Assembly: GCF_018350175.1 (NCBI RefSeq)
Contig: NC_058368.1
Location: 163,620,001-163,684,000 of the forward strand
Length of the DNA stretch: 64,000 nucleotides
From: Felis catus
Lineage: Eukaryota
Reading direction: 5' to 3'
Under the pieces are notes generated by a model that saw only the letters and a program-made list of their open reading frames with translations, ran no database searches and was not told where the DNA came from. Below are positions 1 to 12,648 of this stretch, piece after piece. Made by a program: the position numbers and the translations under genes. Numbering within the stretch: position 1 is the first letter of the stretch; each line of letters begins with the position of its first letter.

Positions 1-1357
1 GGGGTTGCTATTGAAAGAACTGATACTAGCAAGAGAAACACATTTTTGTCTACTGAACCAATTATGGGTTGTCTTACCACCCTGGTGAGATTAGTGATTT
101 GTTTGTAAGGTCAAGGATGGTTTCAGAACAGTCACACTCAACAGCTCTTAAAATTTTTGATGTTAGTTTTTATGAGTTACGAATGGAAAAGTAAGATTAA
201 AGTAATCTTTAAGAGGATCATGTAGGGTAGGCACAGCTAAGCATTTTGTTTTCATTGTGTGTGTTGTGCTTTAGCAGCTAACCTGTTTTATTTCTGCTCA
301 GTGTTTTGTGACTTGAGAGATGTTTTGGTCTGTGTCTTTTTTGTTTTTAGAGTAATATTTGAGACTGGTGGTTGCAAAATATTTTCATTAATCTGAATGC
401 GACTTTTAAAAATAGCTGTTTTTTTTTTTTCCAGGTGCTTTTTTAAAATACTGATTGGTCCTCAAAGAGCTACTCTGAGAAATACTCCCTGTTTCCTTTT
501 TTTTTCTTTGTGTTTTTGAATCTAGAATTAGAACCCATAACCTCTACTCTACCAGTTTCCTTTGCCCAAAATTTATCTTTTCATAACATAATCTTTAATG
601 ATTAGTGGGATTTATTTACCAGAATTTTGCAAGGGCTATTTCCTGGCCTTCATATTTATAACCATATGGTTTGGAAGTGATAGATGTTAATTTTTTTTCT
701 TACTGCTATTTTGTTAGTGGATCTGTGCTGAAGTCTGATACTTAGGGCTTTTTTGAGTGTAGAGATTTTGTGTGTGGGTTTGAACATTTCCATGTGGGAG
801 CTTTCTGCATTTGGGGGAAAAAAAAACACTCCCTTCTCTGGGTTCCCAGGGCCATTCAGGTTTCCTGTTCTGTGTATTAGATGTATATTATTTCCATGTC
901 TGTCTGTCTTTCCTTCCAAGCTTCACTTTTTCTATTTGCCCCAGTGCCTGTACAATGCTGAGATATAATAAAACTCCAGAAATACTGTTGAATGACAGAA
1001 TGAGTAAATGAATAATTGAATGGCTCAATGGATACACCCAAAGAAATACTCCTCAGATCTGTATGGGAAGTCACTGTGCAAGCAGAAGGGGCTTTCTTTC
1101 CCTTTCCCCCCCTGTTTTAATTCATTGCCTTTTCATTGTTAAATATTACTTTTGAGTAGAATAACAATGTAATTGCCAAACTGGGACACTTTTGAGAGAT
1201 AAAGGGCGTGCTATAAATAATTATGCCAGAGAACGGGCTCTGACAGAGACATGGCCACCCTACTTTTGAAGGACATTCTTCTTTATTTACCTGTTTTGCT
1301 ATCTATCACCTTGCCTGTGAAATTTGACACACTTCCTAGTTAATGTTTGCAAACTTT

Positions 1358-1576
1358 AAAAAAAATTTTTTTTAATGTTTTTAGTTATTTTTGAGACAGA
1401 GAGAGACAGAGCATGCACATGGGAGGGTCAGAAAGAGGGGAGACACAGAATCTGAATAGGCTCCAGGCTCTGAGCTGTCAGCACAGAGCCTGACGCGGGG
1501 ATCAAACTCATGGAGTGTGAGATCATGACCTGAGCTGAGGTTGGACGCTTAACTGACTGAGCCATCCAGGCGCCCC
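1358..1576 (-). mobile_element. CanSINE (SINEC_Fc type)
   Basis: GGGGCGCCTGG head, (CT)n region and A-tail on the minus strand; TSD gtttgcaaacttt. Confidence 0.93.
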
Positions 1577-2144
1577 AGTTTGCAAACTTTTCTATCTGCA
1601 GAAGATTCATTTGCAGTCGTGTGTTGAGTGTCTTTTGCTTACTCACTCATGGCCTCCCTATCCAGAGGCCTGTGGGGAAGTCCTTGGCCATGCTCAGTTT
1701 TCCCTATTTACAGTGCTTACAAGATAATGTCACAGGGTTTTCTGTTTGTTTCAGCTGTTTATAGCTGGAAGCATTATGTACTCTAGCCTCTGGTCTGTTT
1801 ACTTCATTCTGTCTTTCTACACAGCATTTAGTACATCTTGTAAGAATTTCACGTGAATTCTTTTCCTTCTTGCTGACTGTTTTTGAGAGGAGATGCATTG
1901 ATACGTCGCCAAGCCTTCATGTTCAAAACATTGGCCAGAATCAGTTGCAAGTGTTAAGAGATTTATAGATTTTAAAAGTATTCTAAAAATGTTATTTCAA
2001 TCTAAAACTTTATTCTAGATTTGAAAGCAGAGGAACCTTAAAGTGATTATCTCCGCCAGCCCTGGAGCTGAAGTGGAAATTTAGGAAATGGTTGGTAATT
2101 TCATAGTAAACAAAGTGTATTAACTCACCTTCCCTATTATGACA

Positions 2145-2315
2145 GTGTCTGTGGGCTTTGGAGTCAGACCGGTAGGCATTGAGATTCTTGCTTGGACTCT
2201 CAAATAGTATTATTTGATTGAATACTTTAAAATGGGGGTAGTATTTTCCTCAGGGAGTAGCTATAAATCGCTTATAGCTTTTGGTGTAAAGAAGGTGTTC
2301 AAAAATACTGGTTTC
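2145..2315 (+). mobile_element. MIR fragment
   Basis: gggctttggagtcagac MIR-like core, degenerate. Confidence 0.5.
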
Positions 2316-3499
2316 TTTTTTATTAAAAATCCCAATCTGTTGGAAACTTTTATATTAGACTCCTAATTGTTTGTAGTAGATGAGGGTAAGCCCTTACTAT
2401 AGTTTTTTGTTTTGTTGTTTGTTTTTGTAACTAGTTTCCTTTATAGGCAGTCTCTTTAAAGAAGTTATATTCTTATACTCGTGTCTGGTCTCATTCTTTT
2501 GATTCTTCCCCTTTTTCATCATCTTTATCCTCCTCCTCCTCTTAGTCCCTGTGCACAGATAGCAGGTGGTACACGCCTGACAGAAAGCAAAGTTAGAAAT
2601 GAGTAAAACTGAGACCAGGAAAGGAGCTGCCTACCTTGGTGTTGCCCGGGTGGCTCCCTTGGACTCTGTGTTTGTATTCTATTTTTGGCTTGGCAGTGCC
2701 CTATTAGGGATAATCAGTTACTACACTTTGTTTACTATGAAATTACCACCATTTCCTAGACTTCCACATCAGCTCCGGGGCACGAGTGGGATAATTAAGG
2801 CTCCTCTGTTTCCCAATCCAGAATGAAGTTTTAGGTTGATTTTTCTTTTGCTGTTGAAAAAATGTTGGACAATACATTTCTTCAGTGCATTTAAAAGTTT
2901 GAAGGGAAGCATGTATCACCAAGTACATGGTGCAAATTATATGAAAGTTTGATTGAGATTTTACACTGTTTTTGAAAACGATTTTTAATTTAGACTTAAA
3001 CCAGATCCAGACTTTTCCCATGTTCCTCCTGCTGGGTTTTCAATCTAAAATTGCTAAAAGTCTAAATGAAGTTTATCTCACTTTGTGATAGATGTAGTCC
3101 TGAAATATTCAGCAGAAATGTCGATCTGTATTTGATGCCCAACCACTGGTTGATACGTGTTTTTCCTGCCTTACGATTTATGATTTTAAAGCATCTTACC
3201 CACTCCTGGAAGAAAGGGCCCGTGACTTAGAATGACTTCGTGGAAGACTGCACTATGTGCTGTGACATCCTAACACTTTCCAGTTGGAAATAACACTAGA
3301 ACTAGTAGCTAAAACTACCTCCCTCTAATCATTTCACAAGTGAGGCAGTAAAGCTTTAAAATAAAGTGCCTCCCCACACATTGGAAATAGAATTCCATTT
3401 ACAGAAATTAATTTACATTTTTCAGGAACATGGTTATTGTGTAAAAAGCTGTACATCCGGGCTTATGGCTGAACAGAGGCCACACGTATATAAAGCAAC

Positions 3500-3665
3500 G
3501 TCAGTGGGCTTTGGAGTCAGACGAGATGGGGTTCGGGTTCAGACAGCGTCACCTGATGGAATACTTACACTGAGGAGGATACGTCCTCGTGGAGTAGAAG
3601 TTAAGATGCAGTGAAGCAATGGTGTAGGGCTTTTGGCGTCCAGAAGGTGCTGAAAAGTCTTAGTT
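3500..3665 (+). mobile_element. MIR fragment
   Basis: gggctttggagtcagac...gggttc, degenerate 3' part. Confidence 0.45.
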
Positions 3666-3727
3666 TCTTCTTTAATTTCCCTTCTCCATTAAAAATCGAT
3701 TTACTTGAATTAAGAAGTCAGGTTGCC

Positions 3728-3938
3728 AGGGTGCCTGGGCAGCTGAGTGGGTTAAGCCTCCGACTTCTGCTCAGGTCACGATCTCACAGTTCGTGGGTTC
3801 GAGCCCCCATTCGGGCTCTGTGCTGACAGCTCAGAGCCTGCAGCCTGCTTGGAATTCTGTGTCTCCCTCTCTCTCTCTGCCCCTCCCCTGTTCACGCTCT
3901 GTCTCTGTCTCAAAAATAAAGAAACATCTACAAAAGAA
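3728..3938 (+). mobile_element. CanSINE
   Basis: Head, B-box GGTTCGAGCCC, (CT)n, A-tail; imperfect TSD aagaagtcaggttg/aagaagtcaagttg. Confidence 0.92.
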
Positions 3939-4824
3939 AAGAAGTCAAGTTGAGCTTTCTAACGGTAGTATTGGGGAAATCTGGAGGGGTAAGTGTATGA
4001 AATAAAGAAGGTATTGTCAGGCAACAGCTTCGTGACATCACAGTTCACTTTATGTAAAAACCAGAGGCTGCATTGCTGGAGGAGAAGCTAGTGTTCATCA
4101 TCGAGGTGTCTTGGCTCCCCAGTCTGAACCGGGTTTGTGCCACAGGCGGTGGCAGGGAGCGTGTCTGTTTCTTAAGTGGACCCACGTTCCGAAGGCTGAT
4201 AAATGTGTGAGCTGCTCGGGATGACCGTTCTTGGTGCACGAGCTCCTTCCAGTTCCTCAAGCTGCAGAGGCAGATCCCTTGAATTCGGGAATTATCCCTT
4301 TCCTTTGGCTAAAACTCTTCAGTACTGGCAAGGGGACAGTAATAAAGTGACAAAGTCCTTGCCTTTTCCCTTGCTGTTTGCAGTTGGGCATGTTTCATGG
4401 TAGCCACTGTGTCGGGCCCTGTGCACCTGTGGGGGTGAAGTGGCTCCACAAGGCTCGTTTGGGGCTCTCTCACCCCAAGTTAAACACAACAACAGAAATG
4501 CAGCAACCAAAGAAATCTTTACAGGTGGAAAGGACTTTGGGGAATTTTCTTGGCCTTAAGAAGTTAAGCCAATTAACTAGGAAGGTAGGAGCTACAGATA
4601 GATTCTCTTACACAGTACCTTCCCAGGTAGGGGGAAGACGCAAAGGAGATGCTAGAAACCTTAAGCACTGTGGTAACTCCAAAGAAGTGTTTTTCAAATT
4701 GTTGCTAGGAAGGAAGGGCATTGTTTTCCAAGACCTTTCCGTTTATTTGCTTCAGAGCAGCAGTCTTATGAAGGATTTTTAATTGTTGCTATTTTGTGGC
4801 TAAAATGAGTAGACACCAAAAATT

Positions 4825-5050
4825 AATTGCATGACAATAACATTACACATCCATAAAGGACTTTGCAGAATATGTTCACCTGCCTCCTCTCATTAGATCC
4901 ATACAACAACTGTATGAGGAGGAAGGGTGGTACTGTCCTCATATTAAATAATTGCTCTTGATGCAAGGTCAAGAGGCAGTGTTGTTAGCAAGGCCAGGAC
5001 TAGGACCTGTTCTTTTGACCTCAGCCTCAGGGTTACTTTTTCCATAGGAT
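4825..5050 (-). mobile_element. MIR fragment
   Basis: ctcattagatccatacaacaactgtatgagg...caaggtca...ccaggactaggacc, typical antisense MIR. Confidence 0.55.
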
Positions 5051-5395
5051 ACTCTGAATCTCTTGAACACACGAATTGGTGGTAGAATCGACTTTGAACC
5101 CCCCAAGTTTTTGTGTCTCTGTCTTTAGTCCAGTTAGCTGCTCTTAGTCTCAAGGTAGAATTTCAGCAGCAGAATACAGAGGAACAAACATGATAAAGTG
5201 TTTGAAGTTAAAATTTAGCCGAACAAACTCAAATTGCTTTAATGAAATGAATTAATATTGTGTCCTCTCTAACCTGTACCTGGTGTTAGTACCTCCTGCT
5301 AGTTTCATCCTCTCTTGCAGTTAGAATTCTTATAATTGCTTTGTAAGTTGTGTTACTTGTTATATTAAAGGTTTATTTTTATATTCCATGTTTAG

Positions 5396-5485
5396 TATCT
5401 GGAGTAGAGCAGAAAAAATAGTATGCCTGTGTTCCCTTGGGACTCATTGGACATTGTACAGTGACATCTTCTGGGATTTAGTCTG
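5396..5485 (+). other. MACIR: Probable MACIR non-coding 5'UTR exon (90 nt)
   Basis: Acceptor tttttatattccatgtttAG (ends 5395) and strong donor CTG|GTGAGT (5485/5486); the 90-nt length matches my recollection (unverified) of the middle UTR exon of human C5orf30. Confidence 0.7.
5423..5464 (+). promoter_or_regulatory. Upstream ORF (MPVFPWDSLDIVQ*) in the putative 5'UTR exon
   Basis: AGTATGC (A at -3), 13 codons, TGA at 5462-5464. Confidence 0.55.
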
Positions 5486-6835
5486 GTGAGTTATATTTTG
5501 CTTTTTCTGTTTGTTAACCAGTTGTGTGAACATAGTATCGTAATGTAATTTAAGGACCACATAAACAATGAACATGAAATGTCAGTATATCATTGCAAAT
5601 ATGTACACTACAATTACGAATTTTTTCATGATGAGTTCTGAAATTACTGTTGCAGAATGAGACTGTTACTATCTTGAAGTGTTTGCTTCATTGATTGAAT
5701 AGGTTTTTTTTTTTTTTTTATTTCCTATAAGATACAGGACATTTTATGGAATAAGATTTCAAAATAGAGTAGTTAAGAGGTAGTTGCTCTAATTTCAGGG
5801 AGATTTTAGTAAAACATGAATCCCTAGGGATTGGCACAATAATTTGCAAAAAGTTCTAGTTGTGTATTATCCCACATAAAGAATGGCAAACTGGTGACTG
5901 AATGGAGCATCATTTTCACTTGGTCATGTAGCAGTTCACTGCAAGTATGACGTTCCTTTTATTACTCCATGAATTTAAACTCGTTCAAATTATGCAGTGC
6001 TGTTGTCTTCTTTTAGTTCTTTTTCAGTGTGTCATCTGTGTATCTGTGCTAACACAGGTGTCCATGTGACTCCATCTCTTTGAAGGTGAAAAACATTTAA
6101 TAATGATCATTATAGCTTTTAGCATTTTAAAAAGTGTGTTAGTGTGAGTTCATGCTTTGGTATGTCCTGCTTGGGCAATGTTTTTGTAGGTCCTTGGTTT
6201 GAATTAGAGTCATCATAATCCTTGGGGGGTGGGGGGAATCCTTGGGGAAAAAAAATCTAGTTTCCTAATGAGTGATTTCCAAATTAGCAGTCAGCAGCAG
6301 AATGACTCAAAAGAATGATGGGGGAAAACCAACACTTTGGTGTCAGTAGGTAGATATAGCTTATTAGATGTATGAAAATGCATTTTAAAACATTGAAAAA
6401 ATGGAAACATTACTACATTTTCAGTTTTGAGAAAGAAAGCAAGAAGTACAAAATACTTTTAGAGGATACTGAGTAAGAAATACTGTGGCTGGGTTATTAA
6501 CTCATCTGATTTAAATAAAGCACAAAACTACTTGCAGTGAGAAGAAGCTACAGGAATGTGTGTGTCTGTTTGTCTCTATCTTTCTCTCCAGATCCACGTC
6601 TGTAGACAAATGCGTGTATACATAATTATAGATATATTTATAAATGATAGGACAGTCTAGCATAGCTGCAGAAGGTGAAATGAACCAACTCAAGAGGCAG
6701 TAAGTTACTTGTAATTGAAGGTGTTCAAACACACACTGTAACAGCCATTAAGATTCCTTCTGATTCTGAGATTAGATAATGTGAAGAATTTTAAAAGTAG
6801 GACAGTCAAAAACTTGGAAATATGTGATAGACTTC

Positions 6836-7350
6836 TTTTATTTTTAAAGTCTGAATTATCGACATATAAATTATATATAGTGAAATTCACCCTTTTGTAT
6901 AGTTTGATGAGTTTTGACAAATGTATCCAGTTGTAGAAAGACCACTACAGTCAATATGTAGAATATTTTAATCACCCCCCCTTGTAGCATTTTGTAGTCA
7001 TTGATTTTTTTCCAGAATGTCCTATAAATAGGATCACACAGTATGTAGCATTTTCTGTCTGCAACTTTCACTTGTGTAATGCTAGTCTGCTCCTTTTTGT
7101 TGCTGAGTGGTATTCCACTGTATGGACGGACCATGGTTTCTTTTTCCATTTCCCTGTTGATGGACATTTGGATTGTTTCCAGTTTTTGGTGATTAAGAAT
7201 GAAACTGTTAAAAACATTCACATTCAGGTCTTTGTGTGAACATATATTTTCATTTTTCTTAGTAGGTAAATGCCTACAAGTTGGGTAGGTGGGTTTTTTA
7301 ATAAGTACTTATTTAACTGTACAAGTAATTGCCAGACTGTTGTCCAAAGA
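6836..7350 (-). mobile_element. Old L1M 3' fragment
   Basis: gatggacatttggattgtttccagttttt and gagttttgacaaatg L1M motifs; ORF 6871-7221 resembles a frameshifted ORF2 C-terminus. Confidence 0.8.
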
Positions 7351-7649
7351 GCTGTATCTGACAGAGGCTGCTAAGAAACTAAAGTAACTGTACCAAACAA
7401 AGTATGTGCGGATGAAGGGGCCTGGTTCTCATTCAGCACTGATTTATTTTTATTTTATATCCGGTTTTAACAAGGTTGGTTAGCAGATCATTATTTAAGC
7501 CCACAATGGATTAGAAACAGTAAGTTAAAGGATAGGTTGTTAGCAATTCAGAGCATACAAAAATGATATCCACTAATATGACAATAATCACTGATTGAAA
7601 GCAAACAAACAAACAAACAAAAAAGGCAGTGAAATTCTCCTACTAGGTA

Positions 7650-7836
7650 AGTTCTCTGACACGTTCCCGAACATGTCTGCATAGTAGAATCTCCTGGAGA
7701 TCTTTTGTAAACTTCAGACCCTAGGCTGTACCCCCGATGAATTAAATCACAGATCTGGGGTAGAGCACAGACATCAGTATTTTTTGAAGCTCCTTGGATG
7801 ATGTTAGCATGTGTACAAGCTTGGGAACCATGTGCT
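7650..7836. mobile_element. MER5A-like hAT-Charlie relic
   Basis: agaatctcctggagatctt...tttttgaagctccttggatgat...ttgggaacca pattern. Confidence 0.65.
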
Positions 7837-10800
7837 GCAGGCCCAGCATGATGAAGTTGATGGAGGCAGGAAACCAGGAAATGTCTGCCCTGACTCTGGG
7901 CAGGCCCCTGCCTTCATGGCTTCAGAAGTTCAGCATCCATGCAATCCAAGATCATTCTGGCATTAAAACTAGGTGGTTCTAGATATTACTAGATTGACAG
8001 TAGTCATGCTTAGGAGACTCCCCATTTTCCAAGAGCCGGCTTTATTCCAAATGGTTCATTTCTTGAAAAGGATTTGGTTCACATGGTGACATTTTTGTTC
8101 TGTATATTTAGACAGTTATATCTGTTTTCTTTTAAATGGGATTGCTGTGTGTTACTAAAAGCGGTTCAAACATATGGAACAATTTTTTGATTACTGGTGG
8201 TGACTTTTTTTTGATAGGCCTGATTAAAAAAAAAAAATTCCCAGAATGCAGTATTTCTCAAAAAGAATTCTTTGTGTGGCAATTGTGAAACTTCTCAGCT
8301 ATTTTCAGAGCTGGTCTAAGGAGCTAAGGTGTTTAGGTTATATTTTTTTAAGGCCCCTTGTGCCACATGCTTAGGAAGTTAGATTTCCTGGGGAGTGTTC
8401 AAAGCTGAACAGATTCTAGACAGGTCACAGTCTTTTGACCGTGCTCATCTTGCTGTACTGGGTTCCCCACATGTGTGTTGTGGTTTGTACCTGTTGGCAT
8501 TAGTTGCAACCAAAATTCATAATTGCAGGCTGTACCTAGTGTTTTTAAAATATGCACTGTATGTACTGTGTACATTTTTCTAGCAAAACATGTTACCTTG
8601 TCTAGTGTTGTCTAATTTTGAATCCTCATCTATTTCAAAGAAATAAATGGCATCCGTGAACACTGTCAGGTCTTGCATGTTTTATCAGTATATGTTAGTC
8701 CCCTTGTGACAGATTAGATTGTGAGGCCATTTGATATGGAATTAAAGAAAAGTTTTTTTAATTATATAAAATTTTTAAAAAATATATGAATTATGTTTGT
8801 TCTTGGAACGTACTTAAGAAACTCACTTTTAAAAGTACTATTCAGCTACAAGTTGACTTTCCTATTCTCATTGTACTGTGTTGTTCTAGACTCTTCTATC
8901 AACAGAAATTTTGCTGCTTTTGTTATTATTAACAATACTTTCCCTGTTTTCTGTTTCCAGTTTTTATTTTTGCTTTAAACTATATATGAAAGGCATTAAT
9001 GGAATCAATAAGGATATTGTTGGTCTCTGATTTCTAGTGTTCAGCAGTGCAGAAGTTAGCATTGTGCCTGATTTCCCGCCTCATGTTTATTCTTATTGAT
9101 GCAGTGGGAGAGGGTGCCTGTTGCACATACCCGCAGTGTTTACAAGAGTTCTTGTAATCTTTTACCTTGGCAGTATGCGTTTATGATGCACAGTTTATTT
9201 TAGGATATGAAACAAAATGCTTAGTCATGAGCAGTTTATGAAGAATAACAAACCTATAAGCAAATTTGTCATGGGAAAATATGAAGCATGTTCTGCAAAC
9301 AAAGGCCATCTCCAATTGTAGTCATGGTAGCCATGTTTCCTGATGAGTGGTTTTAGTGAGAAATTTTGCAATGTGAAATATTGGACATCCATCTTTAGCG
9401 TCACTGGTGTATTATTATTATTATTATTTTTTCTGTAGGATTGCAGAATTAGAAAGTACCTAGACTTCTTCAAAACATACTAGATGTGATCTATACTACT
9501 TCTACCCACTTAAGAGATAGCCTGTGGAAGCTGATTTGCTAACTGCTCCCAGGATCTTGCTCCAGTGTGCAAATGCAGTCAGGAAATTCTAAGGAATTTA
9601 ATAGCATAAAAACTTTGCTTTCAGTCACATTGAAGAATGGAAGGCATGCTGCTTAGTCAGCATTCCACCTAGCTAAAAACAAAATATTTGCCAACCAGCA
9701 TTCTCTTTTCTGAAACCCCGCCGCCACCTAGCTTCCTTAGTGCTGCATAGTGGATGCTCTTTAGAAAGGCAATATATTAATTAAAAAGGATCCTTTAAAA
9801 ACAAAAAAACAACAGCAAAAAAACCTAAGTGGTCTGCAAGAGTTCAGGTTGTTGCAGCATTGACATTCATTCCTACGTGAATATTAAGGTCTGAAGATGT
9901 TCTCATGAATTTGGCAGCACACTGCAGAAACCAGTGAAGCCACCTAAAAGAGCTGTTAGTTTTGAGACTCTCTTACTGTTTGGAGCAGAAATACTGATGC
10001 TTTTGTAGCAAAAACGTGCACAGTTCTCCAGAATTTACAGTTGTGCATCAAGAGAGATTGAGTAGGTTGCAGCTTTATGTGTATTTCAAACAGCGTTTTT
10101 ATGTTCCAGCACAGTGAGACTATAATTCAGAAATCTGACGTAGAGTATTGACCTTAGTTACTAGGCTAAATATTTGTTAGAGTGTATTAGAAATGCTTAT
10201 TTCTTTGACTTTCTCGTTCGTTGGTGTTTTCTAACAAGGGAGCGGGTTGTTTACCTTAGCAAAATAACGGTAGGTTTCTTACACCAGGGCTGCTTGGCTG
10301 AAATTTCCAGAGCTCTTTAACCACATCTGTTCCTTTTGTTTGACAATCTGGGTGAAATCATTGTCTATCAGGTAGATGCCTGTAGATCCTGTTAGGCAGT
10401 TTTGCCCAGGCCAGGTGATATTTTTGTGTGATGTTATGGCTGCTGGAAACTTAAGCAGTGGTGGTTACGTACCTCATGTTTCATGTTCCATCAGATTTTG
10501 ACCTTTATACATCACTTTACTCACTGTCTTAAGTTTTCTCATTTTCTAGGTGCTTATTTTCTAGATAATAGATAATTTCTGCCTTTTACTCTCAGACCTT
10601 TGTATCCTGCCACCCTTTATCCTCATCCTCTAGAGAGTCTCACAGTTCTTGATGGTCTGCCTTGATGCAGCAGAATTGGCTTAGTATAGGAACACACTTC
10701 CAAGTGACTCTGTTGATCACGGAAGCCTGTGCCTGCTCTTCTTTGTGGTGATTTTGTGTGTTACCTTGTTGAGCAATTTTTATCCTTCAGAGGCAAAAAA

Positions 10801-11679
10801 GACTTTCAGCCTAGCTCCGTTTGAATTATTACCCAAATCAGAATGGGTGGAGTGTGAATTCATGGATTTGGGGAAGTTTATAATGTACCAAATGAGAATG
10901 CAGGAACGTGGCTGGTGGAGGTCTGTGGACTGTCATGGGGTACCAGATTTGGAAGAGACCTAAACCATTGTGTCACTTAATGTGGACTAACTGCTGGAGT
11001 GTCATCACCTGGGTCATTCTTGAGTGAGGTACCCATCTGGGTGTGTGTTCTCTTTCCTCTGTAGCCTGGGTTATTTTAGCCTCACTGACCCTCCTCGTCT
11101 TTCAGAATGGAGTATCAGAGAAACACTTCGTGCCTATAGCTGCCTGTCAGGTTAGGTAGGTTGGAGGCCTTGAATCTGTCTTTTTGTGCTTCTTCTGGGC
11201 TGTAGAATTAGCGAGAAAAAAGTATTAAATTAGTTTGTCATTTGGCTTAGGGTCAACATTTGTTTATTCAGCATAAGGTTTGATGAGGCTTGGGTTCTCT
11301 AAAGTTGATTAGGTAAGAAATCTTCAGGTTTTTGTATGCATGTCAAAGTAGCTGATAGTCGCCTACTATTCCTGTCCTGTTAACAGAGCTATAAATTACA
11401 CGGTCAAATATAAATTTATTTTTATATTAATAATATAGAATAAAGTCAATTGCTTTAAATCTGGAGGGTCTGAAGGGCTACAGTATCTTGATTAAATTAA
11501 ATTTGGGAATGCATAGTCTAAGATTTAGAACAGGAAGTAAGTAGAGTTCTGTGGATCCCTTTGGCGTTTGCTGTATCTCAGGAATCCTTATTAGTGTTAG
11601 TTTTCAGTTGTGCAATAGATGTGGGCTGTAGTGAGGACAGGATAGTATCTGGGAACTTCTTCATAGTCTTGGTTTATTT

Positions 11680-11907
11680 ATTTTTTTTTTTTTTAATTTT
11701 TTTTCAACATTTATTTATTTTTGGGACAGAGAGAGACAGAGCATGAGCAGGGGAGGGGCAGAGAGAGAGGAAGACACAGAATCGGAAACAGGCTCCAGGT
11801 TCTGAGCCATCAGCCCAGAGCCTGACGCGGGGCTCGAACTCACGGACCGCGAGATCGTGACCTGGCTGAAGTCGGACGCTTAACCGACTGCGCCACCCAG
11901 GCGCCCC
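11680..11907 (-). mobile_element. Young CanSINE
   Basis: Full length, CpGs retained, TSD cttggtttattt. Confidence 0.96.
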
Positions 11908-12008
11908 TTGGTTTATTTTCTAATGAAGGAAAGTATAGCGTGTAAATGAGGGAATAAGGTTCTTTTTTTTTTTTTCTTCTAAATTAAGCTTTAGAATTGC
12001 TTGGATTT

Positions 12009-12229
12009 AAAAAAAATTTTTTTTTCAACGTTTATTTATTTTTTGGGACAGAGAGAGACAGAGCATGAACGGGGGAGGGGCAGAGAGAGAGGGAGACACA
12101 GAATCAGAAACAGGCTCCAGGCTCTGAGCCATCAGCCCAGAGCCTGACGTGGGGCTCGAACTCACGGACCGCGAGATCGTGACCTGGCTGAAGTCGGACG
12201 CTTAACCGACTGTGCCACCCAGGCGCCCC
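12009..12229 (-). mobile_element. Young CanSINE
   Basis: Full length, TSD agaattgcttggattt. Confidence 0.96.
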
Positions 12230-12415
12230 AAGAATTGCTTGGATTTTAAATGAATACCCAAACTTTGGGAAGAGCTTCAATTAGGGAAAGGTTGTTTTAC
12301 AATGAGATTTTATAAAAATTATTTAATAAATTTATTTTTCAATAAATTTTTCATCTTAAAGTTGACATCTTAATAGTTGACTCTTAGACATCGTTTTGAT
12401 TAGCCATCTGAGATT

Positions 12416-12648
12416 CTTTTTTTTTTTTTTTATAATTTTTTTTTTTCAACGTTTATTTATTTTTGGGACAGAGAGAGACAGAGCATGAACGGGGGATGGG
12501 CAGAGAGAGAGGGAGACACAGAATCGGAAACAGGCTCCAGGGTCTGAGCCATCAGCCCAGAGCCCGACACGGTGCTCGAACTCCCGGACCGCGAGATCGT
12601 GACCTGGCTGAAGTCGGATGCTTAACTGACTGCGCCACCCAGGCGCCC
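12416..12648 (-). mobile_element. Young CanSINE
   Basis: Full length, TSD ccatctgagatt. Confidence 0.96.

Noticed and set aside
4378..4782. 134-aa intronic ORF
   Set aside because: No recognisable homology, non-ATG start and no exon support
1..5395. MACIR promoter or first exon
   Set aside because: No CpG island in the window; the sequence is T-rich and intron-like, so the TSS is probably upstream
11680..12648. Regularly spaced near-identical repeats suggesting an array or CRISPR-like locus
   Set aside because: Units are ~220-bp SINEs with individual TSDs in mammalian DNA; no cas genes or short repeat-spacer structure
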